DNA from: Acidimicrobiia bacterium
GTDB lineage: Bacteria; Actinomycetota; Acidimicrobiia; IMCC26256; JAOSJL01
Length of the DNA stretch: 64,000 bases
Assembly: GCA_041394025.1 (NCBI GenBank)
Contig: JAWKJA010000002.1
Coordinates: forward strand, 1,272,021-1,336,020
Direction of reading: 5' to 3'
Positions 40,303 to 50,096 of the stretch are shown one piece after another. The position numbers were made by a program, and so were the translations under genes. The notes beneath the pieces are model-generated. The model worked only from the letters and a program-made list of their open reading frames with translations, was not told where the DNA came from and ran no database searches. Every line of letters starts with the position of its first letter. Position 1 is the first letter of the stretch.

Positions 40303-41496
40303 ATGGCGAAGCGACGGTTCCCCGAGGGCTTCCGGTGGGGTACGGCCACGGCCGCGCACCAGGTCGAGGGTGGCAACACGAACAACGACTGGTGGGAGTG
40401 GGAGCACGCCGCCGGCTCGCCGTGCGTCGAGCCGAGCGGCGACGCCTGCGACCAGTGGAACCGCTTCGACGACGACATCGCCCTCCTCGCGGACCTCGGA
40501 TTCGACTCCTACCGCTTCTCGATCGAGTGGAGCAGGATCGAGCCCGCCGAGGGGGAGTTCTCGGCGGTCGCGCTCGACCACTACCGACGGGTGTGCGCTG
40601 CCTGCCTCGAACGGGGGGTCGAGCCCGTCGTCACCTTCCACCACTTCACCAACCCGCTCTGGCTGTCAGCCAGGGGCGGCTGGGCCGAGCCCACGACAGC
40701 CGACGCGTTCGCGCGGTTCTGCGAGCGTGCCACGGCGTCGCTCGGTGACCTGATCGGCCGGGCGTGCACGATCAACGAGCCCAACATCGTGGCGTTCGTC
40801 GGCTACGCGCTGGGCGTGTTCCCACCGGGCCACACCGACGTCGCCGAGTCGGAACGCGTCGGCGAGGTCTTCCGGCGCGCCCACCGCCTCGCCGGCGACG
40901 CCATCAAGGCCGGCCCCGGTGACTTCCCCGTGGGCCTCACACTGTCCATGTCCGACTACCAGGCCGTACCGGGTGACGACGACAGCGCCATCGCACAGTG
41001 CGAGGAGGCCCGACGGCAGATGGAGGATCCCTACCTCGACGCCGTGCGCGACGACGACTTCCTCGGCGTGCAGACGTACAGCCGCGCCCGATTCGGGCCC
41101 CACGGTCTGCTCGGGCCCGAGGACGGCGTCGAGGTGATCGAGCACATGGGCTACGAGTTCTGGCCCGAGGCACTCGAGGCGACGATCCGGCGCGCCTGGG
41201 ACGCCGCCGGGCAGGTTCCGTTGCTCGTCACCGAGAACGGGATCGCTCACGAGAACGACGAGCGGCGCATCGACTACGTCACGCGCGCGCTGGAGGGCGT
41301 CCTGTCCTGCCTCGACGACGGCATCGACGTCGGCGGCTACACGTACTGGAGCCTTCTCGACAACTTCGAGTGGGCCTACGGCTACGGCCCGAAGTTCGGG
41401 CTGGTCGGGGTCGACCGGTCGACGCAGGAGCGCACGCCCAAACCGAGTGCACGCTGGCTGGGATCGATCGCAAGCTCGAGCGAGCTCCCCACGTGA
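40303..41496 (+). CDS. glycoside hydrolase family 1 beta-glucosidase
   Basis: Starts MAKRRFPEGFRWGTATAAHQVEGG. Acid/base TINEPN and nucleophile VTENGIA. Lies within track ORF 39973..41496. Confidence 0.92.
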   Translation: MAKRRFPEGFRWGTATAAHQVEGGNTNNDWWEWEHAAGSPCVEPSGDACDQWNRFDDDIALLADLGFDSYRFSIEWSRIEPAEGEFSAVALDHYRRVCAACLERGVEPVVTFHHFTNPLWLSARGGWAEPTTADAFARFCERATASLGDLIGRACTINEPNIVAFVGYALGVFPPGHTDVAESERVGEVFRRAHRLAGDAIKAGPGDFPVGLTLSMSDYQAVPGDDDSAIAQCEEARRQMEDPYLDAVRDDDFLGVQTYSRARFGPHGLLGPEDGVEVIEHMGYEFWPEALEATIRRAWDAAGQVPLLVTENGIAHENDERRIDYVTRALEGVLSCLDDGIDVGGYTYWSLLDNFEWAYGYGPKFGLVGVDRSTQERTPKPSARWLGSIASSSELPT

Positions 41497-41516
41497 GTCA
41501 GTCTTCTCCCGCTCTT

Positions 41517-41531
41517 GGCGCCTTCGGCGCC
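41517..41531 (+). terminator. GC hairpin between the convergent GH1 and SBP genes
   Basis: ggcgcc-ttc-ggcgcc perfect palindrome 21 nt after the GH1 stop. No U-tract. Confidence 0.3.
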
Positions 41532-41621
41532 GGGCCCTGGTTCCACTACCTCGACTCGGGCAGCGCGGGATACCCGCACTGCTTGTCCTCGTCTCGGGTC
41601 CCCGCCTGAGCGAGGGTGGGG

Positions 41622-43025
41622 CTATTCGCCGATGCGGGTGTTGTACTCCTGGATGGCGGTGTCGGCCTCCTCCTGGGCCTGGGCGAGCGCCTCCTCGGGC
41701 GTGAGGTCGCCGGTCAGCATGCCCTCCAGCGCCTTCGTGACGGCGTTGCGCACACCCTGGTAGTCGCCGATCACCGAGCCGACGGTCGCCAGGGTGGTCT
41801 CGCTGTCGACGAGCTGCTCCACGGCGAAGCGGAACGCCGGCTCCTCCTCCCACCGGGCCTGGACCGCGGGATCGTCGATGGCGGAGAGCCGTGTCGGCAC
41901 GTATCCGCCGGCGAGGTGCAATGTCACCTGCTGCGCCGGCTCGGACAGGTACTTCACGAACTGCCACGCCGCGCCCCGTTGTTCGGGCGTTGCCGCCTGG
42001 GAGACCCAGATCGAACCGTCACCGACGGGGACGCCGCCGCCCTCCTCGACCCCCGGAAGCACGGCCGCCGCCAGCTCGACACCCCCGAACTCCCCCGAGC
42101 TGAGGACGTCGAGGGCGGGCCCGAGTGCCGCGGACCCGTCGATCGTCATGCCGGCTTCGCGGTTGCCGACGGCGAGCAGGTGGTCGATGTTCTCGCCCTG
42201 TGCGGGTGTCGGGAGGGCCAGCTCCGACTCGACCATGTCGTTCCACCAGGTCCAGAGCTCGAGGCCGAACTCGTTGTCGAGCTGGGCAGCCGTCGCCCGG
42301 CCTTCCCGGCCGTTTCCGTTGTTCACGTACTCCTGGCCGCCCTTGGCGTACCAGAACTCGTTGATGAAGTCCCTCGTGGGAATCGTGATGCCGTGCGGTG
42401 CGACACCCGAGTCGACGATCTGCTTTGAGACCTCGCGCACCTCCTCGAGCGTGGCCGGCGGGACCTCGGGATCGAGGCCGGCGTCCTCGAACAGCGTCTT
42501 GTTGTAGAAGAGCACGGGGTTCGACACGGGCCAGGGCATGGAGTAGAGGACGTCGTCGACGGTGTAGTACCCGACGGCCTGCGGCAGAAAGTCGTCGAGT
42601 GAGTAGTCGTCGGCGTCGACACACGCCTGGACCGGCACGGCGCTCCGGCTGTCGATCATCGACTGGAGCGTCGTCTCCTCCATGACCGCCATCGTCGGCA
42701 GGTCGCCTCCCCCGATACCGGCCCGCCACTTCGTGAAGATGTCCTCGTACCCGGGGAACGCCACGAGATCGACGGTGACGTCGCCCTGCGACGTGTTGAA
42801 CTCGTCGGTCATCGCCTCCAGCGCCTCCTCGTTGGAGTCGGTGAAGTTGTGCCAGAAGGTGATGCCGACAGGCTTGTCGGCCGACTCGAACGCCTCGAGA
42901 CCGCACTCGGAGGGGTCGGGACCACCGGCGCTGTCGCCGGTGCCCGAGTCGCTCCCGCCCGAGCACGCTGCTGCGCCCAGGACGGCGACGAGGCCGAGGA
43001 GAACGACTCGACGGATCATGACCAA
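41622..43025 (-). CDS. sugar ABC transporter substrate-binding lipoprotein (family 1 SBP)
   Basis: 467 aa. Signal peptide with lipobox LGAAAC, then a GS-rich linker and an SBP fold. Confidence 0.88.
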   Translation of the reverse strand: MVMIRRVVLLGLVAVLGAAACSGGSDSGTGDSAGGPDPSECGLEAFESADKPVGITFWHNFTDSNEEALEAMTDEFNTSQGDVTVDLVAFPGYEDIFTKWRAGIGGGDLPTMAVMEETTLQSMIDSRSAVPVQACVDADDYSLDDFLPQAVGYYTVDDVLYSMPWPVSNPVLFYNKTLFEDAGLDPEVPPATLEEVREVSKQIVDSGVAPHGITIPTRDFINEFWYAKGGQEYVNNGNGREGRATAAQLDNEFGLELWTWWNDMVESELALPTPAQGENIDHLLAVGNREAGMTIDGSAALGPALDVLSSGEFGGVELAAAVLPGVEEGGGVPVGDGSIWVSQAATPEQRGAAWQFVKYLSEPAQQVTLHLAGGYVPTRLSAIDDPAVQARWEEEPAFRFAVEQLVDSETTLATVGSVIGDYQGVRNAVTKALEGMLTGDLTPEEALAQAQEEADTAIQEYNTRIGE

Positions 43026-43094
43026 ACCTCCGGGGTTGTCGATGCCCTGCGGACTCTACGACGCCTGATGCCGGGACCCTGGACGGCGCGGAGC

Positions 43095-43997
43095 TCAGCC
43101 CTTGACAGCCCCCGCCGTGAGGCCACGCACGAGCTGCTTGGAGAACACGAGGAGCAGGATCAGGAGCGGAAGTGCGGCCAGGATCGTGCCGGCGAACGTG
43201 ATCGGGAACTCCGCCAGGTTGGACTGCGAGAGCTGCTTGAGGCCCACCTGGACCGTGCGGTACTGCTCGTCGTCGGCCACGAGCAGCGGCCACAGGTACT
43301 GGTTCCAGGCCAGGAGGAACGAGAACACGGCGAGGGCCCCGATGGCCGGCCGGCTGAGCGGAACGACGACGCGCGCGAGGAAGCGCCAGTGGCCGTAGCC
43401 GTCGAGGCGGGCCGCCTCCTCCAGGCTGCGGGGAAGTGTCAGGAACGACTGCCGGAGCAGGAACGCGCCGAAGCCCGTGGCGAGGAACGGCACGGCCAGC
43501 CCCTGGTACGAGTTGAGCCAATCGAGCTCGGAGATCGTGTTGAAGTTCGTGATGATCGTGACCTCGAACGGCACCATGAGCGTCGCCAGGAAGACGACGA
43601 AGATCGTGCGGCGAAACGGGAAGTCGAGGAAGGTGAAGGCGTACGCCGCCAAGACAGACGTGGCGACCTGCCCGACCGTGATGACCGCGGTGACGATGAG
43701 GCTCGTGCGCAGGTACAGGCCGAGGTCTCCGTCTGTCCAGGCGGTCGCGTAGTGGTTCCACTCGCGGACCTCGGGCCACAGCGTGGGTGGCTTGGCCACG
43801 ATGACGTCGGCGGGGAGCAGCGAGTTGACGAAGGTCATGTAGACCGGGAACAGCACGACCGCCGCGATCGCGGTCAGGAGGGTGTAGCGGAGAACGACAC
43901 CGGCGCGATAGCGGTGGCGAGTTGCGCGGATCCTTCGTTCGCGGTCCTCGTCGAGGACGGGCTCCACGCCTTGGAAGGTGCCGGCGTCAGCGCTCAT
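43095..43997 (-). CDS. carbohydrate ABC transporter permease
   Basis: 300 aa with six TM segments and an EAA-type loop, LEEAARLDGYGHWRFLARVVVPLSRP. Confidence 0.9.
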   Translation of the reverse strand: MSADAGTFQGVEPVLDEDRERRIRATRHRYRAGVVLRYTLLTAIAAVVLFPVYMTFVNSLLPADVIVAKPPTLWPEVREWNHYATAWTDGDLGLYLRTSLIVTAVITVGQVATSVLAAYAFTFLDFPFRRTIFVVFLATLMVPFEVTIITNFNTISELDWLNSYQGLAVPFLATGFGAFLLRQSFLTLPRSLEEAARLDGYGHWRFLARVVVPLSRPAIGALAVFSFLLAWNQYLWPLLVADDEQYRTVQVGLKQLSQSNLAEFPITFAGTILAALPLLILLLVFSKQLVRGLTAGAVKG

Positions 43998-44939
43998 AGT
44001 GCACCCGACGTTCGAAGTAACGGAGTTGGAGCAACGTGAGCCCCAGCACGATGAAGAACAGCGCGATGGAGAGCACAGCCGCGGTGCCTTCGTTCTGGCG
44101 CTCGAAGAACTCGGTGTAGACGAAGTATGTGAGCGTGTTCGTCGCTCCCTGGCTCCCGCCGGGACCGCCCTGGGTCAGCAGGTCGATCTGGCCGAAGGCC
44201 TGCCACGCGGAGATCGTGCCGACGACGAAGGCGAAGAAGATCGTGGGAGACAACAGCGGGACGGTGACGCGGAAGAAGCGCCGTGTGGGCCCGGCGCCGT
44301 CCACCTCGGCAGCCTCCAGCATCTCGTCGGGGATCGCCTGGAGGGCGGCGCTCATGAGGATGAACGTGAACCCGAGGTTCTGCCAGATCGTGACGAGCGC
44401 CACCATCGGAAGCGCCCAGGTGGGGTCCTGAAGCAGGCTCTGCGCGCCCTCGCGGCCGAGGTAGTAGTTGACGAGGCCGATCTGCGGGTTGAGAAGCGTC
44501 AGGAACACCACCGATGCCACGGCGACCGACGTCGCCACGGTCGACGAGAAGATCGTCCGGTACACGGTGATCCCCCGCAGTTTCTGGTGGGCGAGAACGG
44601 CCAGGACGAGACCGAGGGCGATCCCCGTCGGGACCGTGAGGACGGCGAACTTCACGGTCACCCAGACGCTGTTGCGGAACGCCTCGGATCCGAGGACGTC
44701 GGTGATCTGGTCGAGGCCGGCCCACTGCTTGGGCAACCCGGGGAATGGTGGAGTCCGGTAGAAGGCGAGCTGGAAGTTCCGGAAGAACGGGTAGAAGACG
44801 AAGACGGCGAAGATGAGGAGTGACGGGGAGAGCATCAGCAGCGCGAGCCCGCTCTGGCGCATCCGGCGCCGACGTCGGGCCCGCTCCATCCAGGACCGGA
44901 CCTCTGCGGGGGTCGCGGATGTCGGCTCCGCTCGCCCGC

Positions 44940-44943
<4 letters not shown>
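43987..44943 (-). CDS. carbohydrate ABC transporter permease
   Basis: 318 aa with EAA loop LEAAEVDGAGPTRRFFRVTVPLLSP. Confidence 0.9.
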
Positions 44944-46061
<1,118 letters not shown>

Positions 46062-46117
46062 GAGTCCCCCTGCTCCTCCGGAGGGGCGAGCATACGTTCG
46101 AGCGAGCGGTACGTGCC

Positions 46118-46624
46118 TCAGTCTCCCTCGCCCGGCTCCCCTCGCAGGTGTGCGGAAAAGATCACGAGGTCGGTCGGTTCCCCCGAGACGTAGACCTCGT
46201 TCCTGAGCTGGCCGCGCCTTCTCCAGATTCCCGACACGTCGCGCGGGGCGTGCGCCTCGGGAACCTTGCCGATGAGCGTCCGGAGTTCGAGGAGATCCGA
46301 GGCGACCCGTGTGAGCTCGTCGAGCAGCGCCCCACCGATCCCCTTGCCACGCTCCGCCTGAGACACGGCGACGAACGGCTCGCCGACGAGTTCGTAGTTG
46401 TACGAGGACGTGAGTCGGCCGAAACCCACCGGCATGTCGTCGTCACCGAGCGTCGCGACGTAGAGAGCGAGGCATCCGGTCCAGAGGAGCGTGAGGAACT
46501 CGGCGTCGCTCGGGACCCGCCGCCGGCAGAAGGAGAACGGGAAGACGTCGTCCTCCAGGACGATGTCGTGGATTCCCTCGTAGTGGTGCTCGGCGGCCGG
46601 CCCGATCTGCACGTCGGCTGTCAT
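46118..46624 (-). CDS. GNAT-family N-acyltransferase (second of two)
   Basis: Starts MTADVQIGPAAEHH within track ORF 46118..46879. Acyl-CoA pocket-like QAERGKGIGGALLDEL. ATGA overlap with the upstream GNAT stop. Confidence 0.75.
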   Translation of the reverse strand: MTADVQIGPAAEHHYEGIHDIVLEDDVFPFSFCRRRVPSDAEFLTLLWTGCLALYVATLGDDDMPVGFGRLTSSYNYELVGEPFVAVSQAERGKGIGGALLDELTRVASDLLELRTLIGKVPEAHAPRDVSGIWRRRGQLRNEVYVSGEPTDLVIFSAHLRGEPGEGD

Positions 46625-47196
46625 GGATCCCCCGGTCGCCCAACGCCGTCCTTCCACGCCTGCCAATGCTCGCGAGTGGTCGCCACGAGAAGCAGGTCGT
46701 CCCAGGTGCCGTCGGAATAGACCATCGACGGCACCTCGGCCTCCACCTCGAACAGGCGCCCAGCTCCGCGTGCCGCCTTGCCGGCGTGCGTCGCACGCTC
46801 GACGACGCCCTGGACCTTGTTGACGGGCCACGTTCGAAAGGCCCAGTTGATGGCGAGCCCCGTTCCCTCCATCGGCCATCCCGCATTGCGGACCTCGGGT
46901 AGGTGGGCGACGGCGTAGAACACCCGACGGTCTGCCAGGTTGAGGCCGAGGAAGTTGACGATTCCCACGTCGCGGTCACCTCTGTTGGAACAGACGACGA
47001 ACGCAGCGTCGGTCGCACCGATCATGATGTCGTACGCGTCCTGACGCGATGGGGTTCGTGGCTGGTAGCGCCACTGACGAGCGACCACCGGGTCGGATGT
47101 GAGCGTGCGGGCCAACTCGCGATCATCCTCGCAGGCGGGTCGCAGATGGGCGACACGTCCTCGGAGGTCGACCGGGTCGGATTCGCTTTCTGTCAC
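46621..47196 (-). CDS. GNAT-family N-acyltransferase (RimJ/RimL-like, first of two)
   Basis: About 191 aa from the GTG at 47196 (GTGA overlap with the ACP stop). ...VAHLRPACEDDRELARTLTSDPVVARQW...GWPMEGTGLAINWAF... pattern of the Acetyltransf_3-like type. Confidence 0.7.
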   Translation of the reverse strand: MTESESDPVDLRGRVAHLRPACEDDRELARTLTSDPVVARQWRYQPRTPSRQDAYDIMIGATDAAFVVCSNRGDRDVGIVNFLGLNLADRRVFYAVAHLPEVRNAGWPMEGTGLAINWAFRTWPVNKVQGVVERATHAGKAARGAGRLFEVEAEVPSMVYSDGTWDDLLLVATTREHWQAWKDGVGRPGDP

Positions 47197-47414
47197 GACA
47201 CCACGATCGCCCGGACGGCCGACTCCACCGTGTCGTCGGGGCCGAGGCTGTCGGCTCTCTCCATGTCGACGTCGAGGCCGAGTTCGTCTTCGATCGCGAA
47301 CATCCACTCCACGACGGTGAGGGAGTCGATCTCGCCCAGGGGTGTCGCGGGCTTCAGGTCTTCGATCCCCGTCAGCATCGACAGAAGTCCGACGCTCTGT
47401 TCGAGTGTGCTCAT
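47193..47414 (-). CDS. discrete acyl carrier protein
   Basis: 73 aa, MSTLEQSVGLLSMLTGIEDLKPATPLGEIDSLTVVEWMFAIEDELG, with a DSL phosphopantetheine-attachment motif (Ser31 by my count). An alternative GTG at 47480 overlaps the KS stop. Confidence 0.75.
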   Translation of the reverse strand: MSTLEQSVGLLSMLTGIEDLKPATPLGEIDSLTVVEWMFAIEDELGLDVDMERADSLGPDDTVESAVRAIVVS

Positions 47415-47472
47415 TCGAATGCTCCTGTCTTCGCCTACCGGGCCGCTCTTTGTGTCGGTGCTTCCACGGGTG

Positions 47473-49659
47473 TCACTCACGCTTTCCGAGTCGGTAGCCG
47501 GCGACCGATCCGAGCTCGTCGGCCGAGAGGCACACGACGTCCTCGGAACCGCCGGCGGAGTAGCTCGCCATGACGGGAATCAGGGGAGCCATTGCCCCGT
47601 ACGCGGACGGAACCGGGACGGTGTCGAACGCCGTCTCCTGCCATTCGTGTGTGTACACGGTGGCGGCCGTTGCCGGCTCCAGGGCCCCGGCGATCCCTTC
47701 GTAGGGCGTGGGGTCCGAGGTGGGTTTCCAGCCGTCGCGGTCGAAACAGCTGCGCATCGCAATCCGCTTCAGGAGCGGGCCGTCGCTGCGGGCATCGTTC
47801 GTGAGAACGACCGCAGCGACGCCGTGGAAGCCGACATCAGGGAAACGTCGTGCGTCGGGCTTCGCCGGGTCGTCGTGGAGGTACCCGGCATCCATGTCGG
47901 CTCCGGCAACGACCATGCCGTCGACCACGCCGGTGGCCACGAGGTGGCGGGCGTACTCGAGCGCCCCGATCGCACCGTTGCGCCCGGCCGTGAACGTGAG
48001 CAGCGGGCCCGTCAGGCCGCAGGCCTGGGCAGCGGTTCCCGCGGCCGCCGTGACGACGAGCCTCGGGAAGATCGCCGGGTTCGGTGTACGTCCCCGCGTG
48101 ATCGCCCTGTGGAGCTTCTCGTAGGAATCGACGGGACCCTTCTCCGTGGCTATCGCCAGACCCCATCCCGTCGCCGCCGGAGAGATCTCGGTCCCGTCGA
48201 GGGCGTCCGCCGCCTCCAGGGATCCCGACACCGCCGTCAGGACCCGGCGACTCAACTGGTCGAGCCGGATCCACTCGTGGGGCGGCACGAGGGGGTTCTC
48301 GTCAACGTCGCCCACGCCCACGATCGGGGGCCACGCTTCGAGGAGAGCGCCGGGGAGAAGGTCGTGGGCCACACTGACGGATGCTGACGCACCCGCGACC
48401 GAGACGCGCTCCTCGGGTTCGGCACTCGCCGACCGGCGATCGACATCCGCCTCGGGACCCAGACACACCAGCGCTGAGTCGTGGCCACCGAACGCCTGGT
48501 TGATGGTGACACCGGCGACACGGTCAGGAGGCAGCTTCGACTCCCCGTCGAGCACGAGTCGGCCGTGACCGACGAGCAGGTCGTCGCGCTGACGCTCGTG
48601 TGGTCGCGCCGTGGCTGTCGGCGGCGCGACCCCGTCGCCGAGTGCGCGCAGGGTGACGATCAGCTCGAGCGCACCCGCTGCGCCGAGACCGTGGCCTGTC
48701 GCACCTTTGATCCCCGATGCGAGAGCTCCCGACGGGAGCACTCGGCTCAACAGGTCGAACTCGGCCGCATCGTTCAGCGCCGTGCCGGTTCCGTGGACGT
48801 TCACGTAGCCGATGTCGGAGTCGGAGACGCCCGATGCACTCAGTGCCTGCCGGATGGCGCGTTCGACACCGGCACCTGTGGGCTCGGGCGCCGTCGGATG
48901 GTGGGCGTCGCTCGTGAGGGCGTCGCCGACGAGGAAGCCGCGACCTCGTGCCTGGTCGGGTAGAGCGGAGACGGGAGCGAGGATCAGGGCGCCTGCTCCT
49001 TCTCCCAGAGTGAGACCGTCCGACGCGTCGAAGGGCGCGGTGGGCTCCGACGCGTAGGCACCGAGCATCTCGAATCCCCACGCCGAAAAGGGCGTGTACT
49101 CCTCGGCGCCGCAGACGATGGCGGCCGGGACCTGACCCGACCGGATGAGCGACGCGGCGACCGACGTCGCCGTGGCTCCCGACGAGCACGCAGTGTTCAC
49201 GGTGAGACACGGCCCCTCGATGTCGAAGGCCGCGCCGATCGAGGTGGCGATGCCGTGGAACAGGTCGACGCCCTCGATGGACAGCTGCGGGTCGAAGACG
49301 TCGCCTCCGGTGAGGTCCCACTCGGTGCGGACTCCCGCGCTGGTTCCGACCACGACCGCCGCTCGGCGGAAATCGTCCACCCACGACGCTGCCCCGCTAC
49401 GGGGTCGGGTACGCGCTGCGGCGTCCACGAAGGCCTCACCGACCGAGCGGCAGGCCATGGCAACGACGCGCGACTCGATGGCGCCGGGGGACCGTGCGTC
49501 GGCGTCGAGTGGAGGAACACGCGCCACGTGCCGGTCGCCATCCCATGAAACCGCTGTGCGTCCCTCAGCGAGGGCCGACCATGACGCGTCGGCCGTCGGA
49601 CCGACGGGCGTGACGGCCCCGTATCCGAGCACGGCCAAAGGCGCGACGCGTCGCGTCAT
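47473..49659 (-). CDS. fused beta-ketoacyl synthase / Cys-less KS-like (chain-length-factor-like) protein
   Basis: 728 aa. The N-half has TVNTACSSG (Cys about 158), SDAHHPTAP, VNVHGTGT and GATGHGLGAAG. The C-half has the aligned LTFTAGRNGAIGALEYARHLV with no Cys, and VVAGADM. Confidence 0.8.
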   Translation of the reverse strand: MTRRVAPLAVLGYGAVTPVGPTADASWSALAEGRTAVSWDGDRHVARVPPLDADARSPGAIESRVVAMACRSVGEAFVDAAARTRPRSGAASWVDDFRRAAVVVGTSAGVRTEWDLTGGDVFDPQLSIEGVDLFHGIATSIGAAFDIEGPCLTVNTACSSGATATSVAASLIRSGQVPAAIVCGAEEYTPFSAWGFEMLGAYASEPTAPFDASDGLTLGEGAGALILAPVSALPDQARGRGFLVGDALTSDAHHPTAPEPTGAGVERAIRQALSASGVSDSDIGYVNVHGTGTALNDAAEFDLLSRVLPSGALASGIKGATGHGLGAAGALELIVTLRALGDGVAPPTATARPHERQRDDLLVGHGRLVLDGESKLPPDRVAGVTINQAFGGHDSALVCLGPEADVDRRSASAEPEERVSVAGASASVSVAHDLLPGALLEAWPPIVGVGDVDENPLVPPHEWIRLDQLSRRVLTAVSGSLEAADALDGTEISPAATGWGLAIATEKGPVDSYEKLHRAITRGRTPNPAIFPRLVVTAAAGTAAQACGLTGPLLTFTAGRNGAIGALEYARHLVATGVVDGMVVAGADMDAGYLHDDPAKPDARRFPDVGFHGVAAVVLTNDARSDGPLLKRIAMRSCFDRDGWKPTSDPTPYEGIAGALEPATAATVYTHEWQETAFDTVPVPSAYGAMAPLIPVMASYSAGGSEDVVCLSADELGSVAGYRLGKRE

Positions 49660-49718
49660 CAGGGCGCGCTATTCGTGGAAGCCGCCGACGCCTCCGGGGA
49701 AATCAGGGACTTCCCTTC

Positions 49719-49916
49719 TCAGAGGATCTTGCACTGCCACACGCCGTTGAACTCGTCGGTGCAGTAGAGCTCGCAGCCCGAGGCGAGCACCGCGATACCG
49801 ACGGTGGCGGCGGCGAGCGTGGCGCGGTTCCTGAAGCGTCGACGCCGGGTCAGAGCCTGATCGTCGCCGGTACCGGTCGAGAACCTGCCCTCGGTGGTCT
49901 TCGTTCCCTGTGTCAC
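49719..49916 (-). CDS. small predicted twin-arginine lipoprotein / exported Cys-rich peptide (65-aa precursor, 18-aa mature part)
   Basis: The GTG at 49916 is preceded by a G-run. TRRRRFRNRATLAAATVGIAVLASGC matches an RRxF Tat motif plus h-region plus lipobox. The remainder is CELYCTDEFNGVWQCKIL. Third-position GC is high. The longer track start at 50000 falls inside the predicted promoter. Confidence 0.5.
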   Translation of the reverse strand: MTQGTKTTEGRFSTGTGDDQALTRRRRFRNRATLAAATVGIAVLASGCELYCTDEFNGVWQCKIL

Positions 49917-49981
49917 GTCGTGACCCCCCGCGCCGTCAACCGTACGGTTCCGACGCTGCTTTGCGTGTTGGACGGATTCGG

Positions 49982-50010
49982 ACTCTAGACACCACACCAC
50001 GCGCTGTCAA
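49982..50010 (-). promoter_or_regulatory. near-consensus sigma-70-type promoter for the peptide/KS/ACP/GNAT operon
   Basis: Minus strand reads TTGACA (50010..50005), a 17-nt spacer, then TAGAGT (49987..49982). It lies in a locally AT-richer intergenic stretch. Confidence 0.55.
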
Positions 50011-50096
50011 CCCTTTGACGCTCATAGAGAGGTTCTGTCCGGATTATGCGGAAAGGCCGTGCTGTACGGGTTCGGGCCACGGTCCCACGGCCCACC

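Noticed and set aside
49917-50000. Longer version of the small peptide ORF starting at 50000 (93 aa, as in the ORF track)
   Set aside because: The first 28 codons would overlap the TTGACA-17-TAGAGT promoter and the likely transcription start. The N-terminal extension is not signal-peptide-like. The GTG at 49916, which has an upstream G-run, is more plausible.
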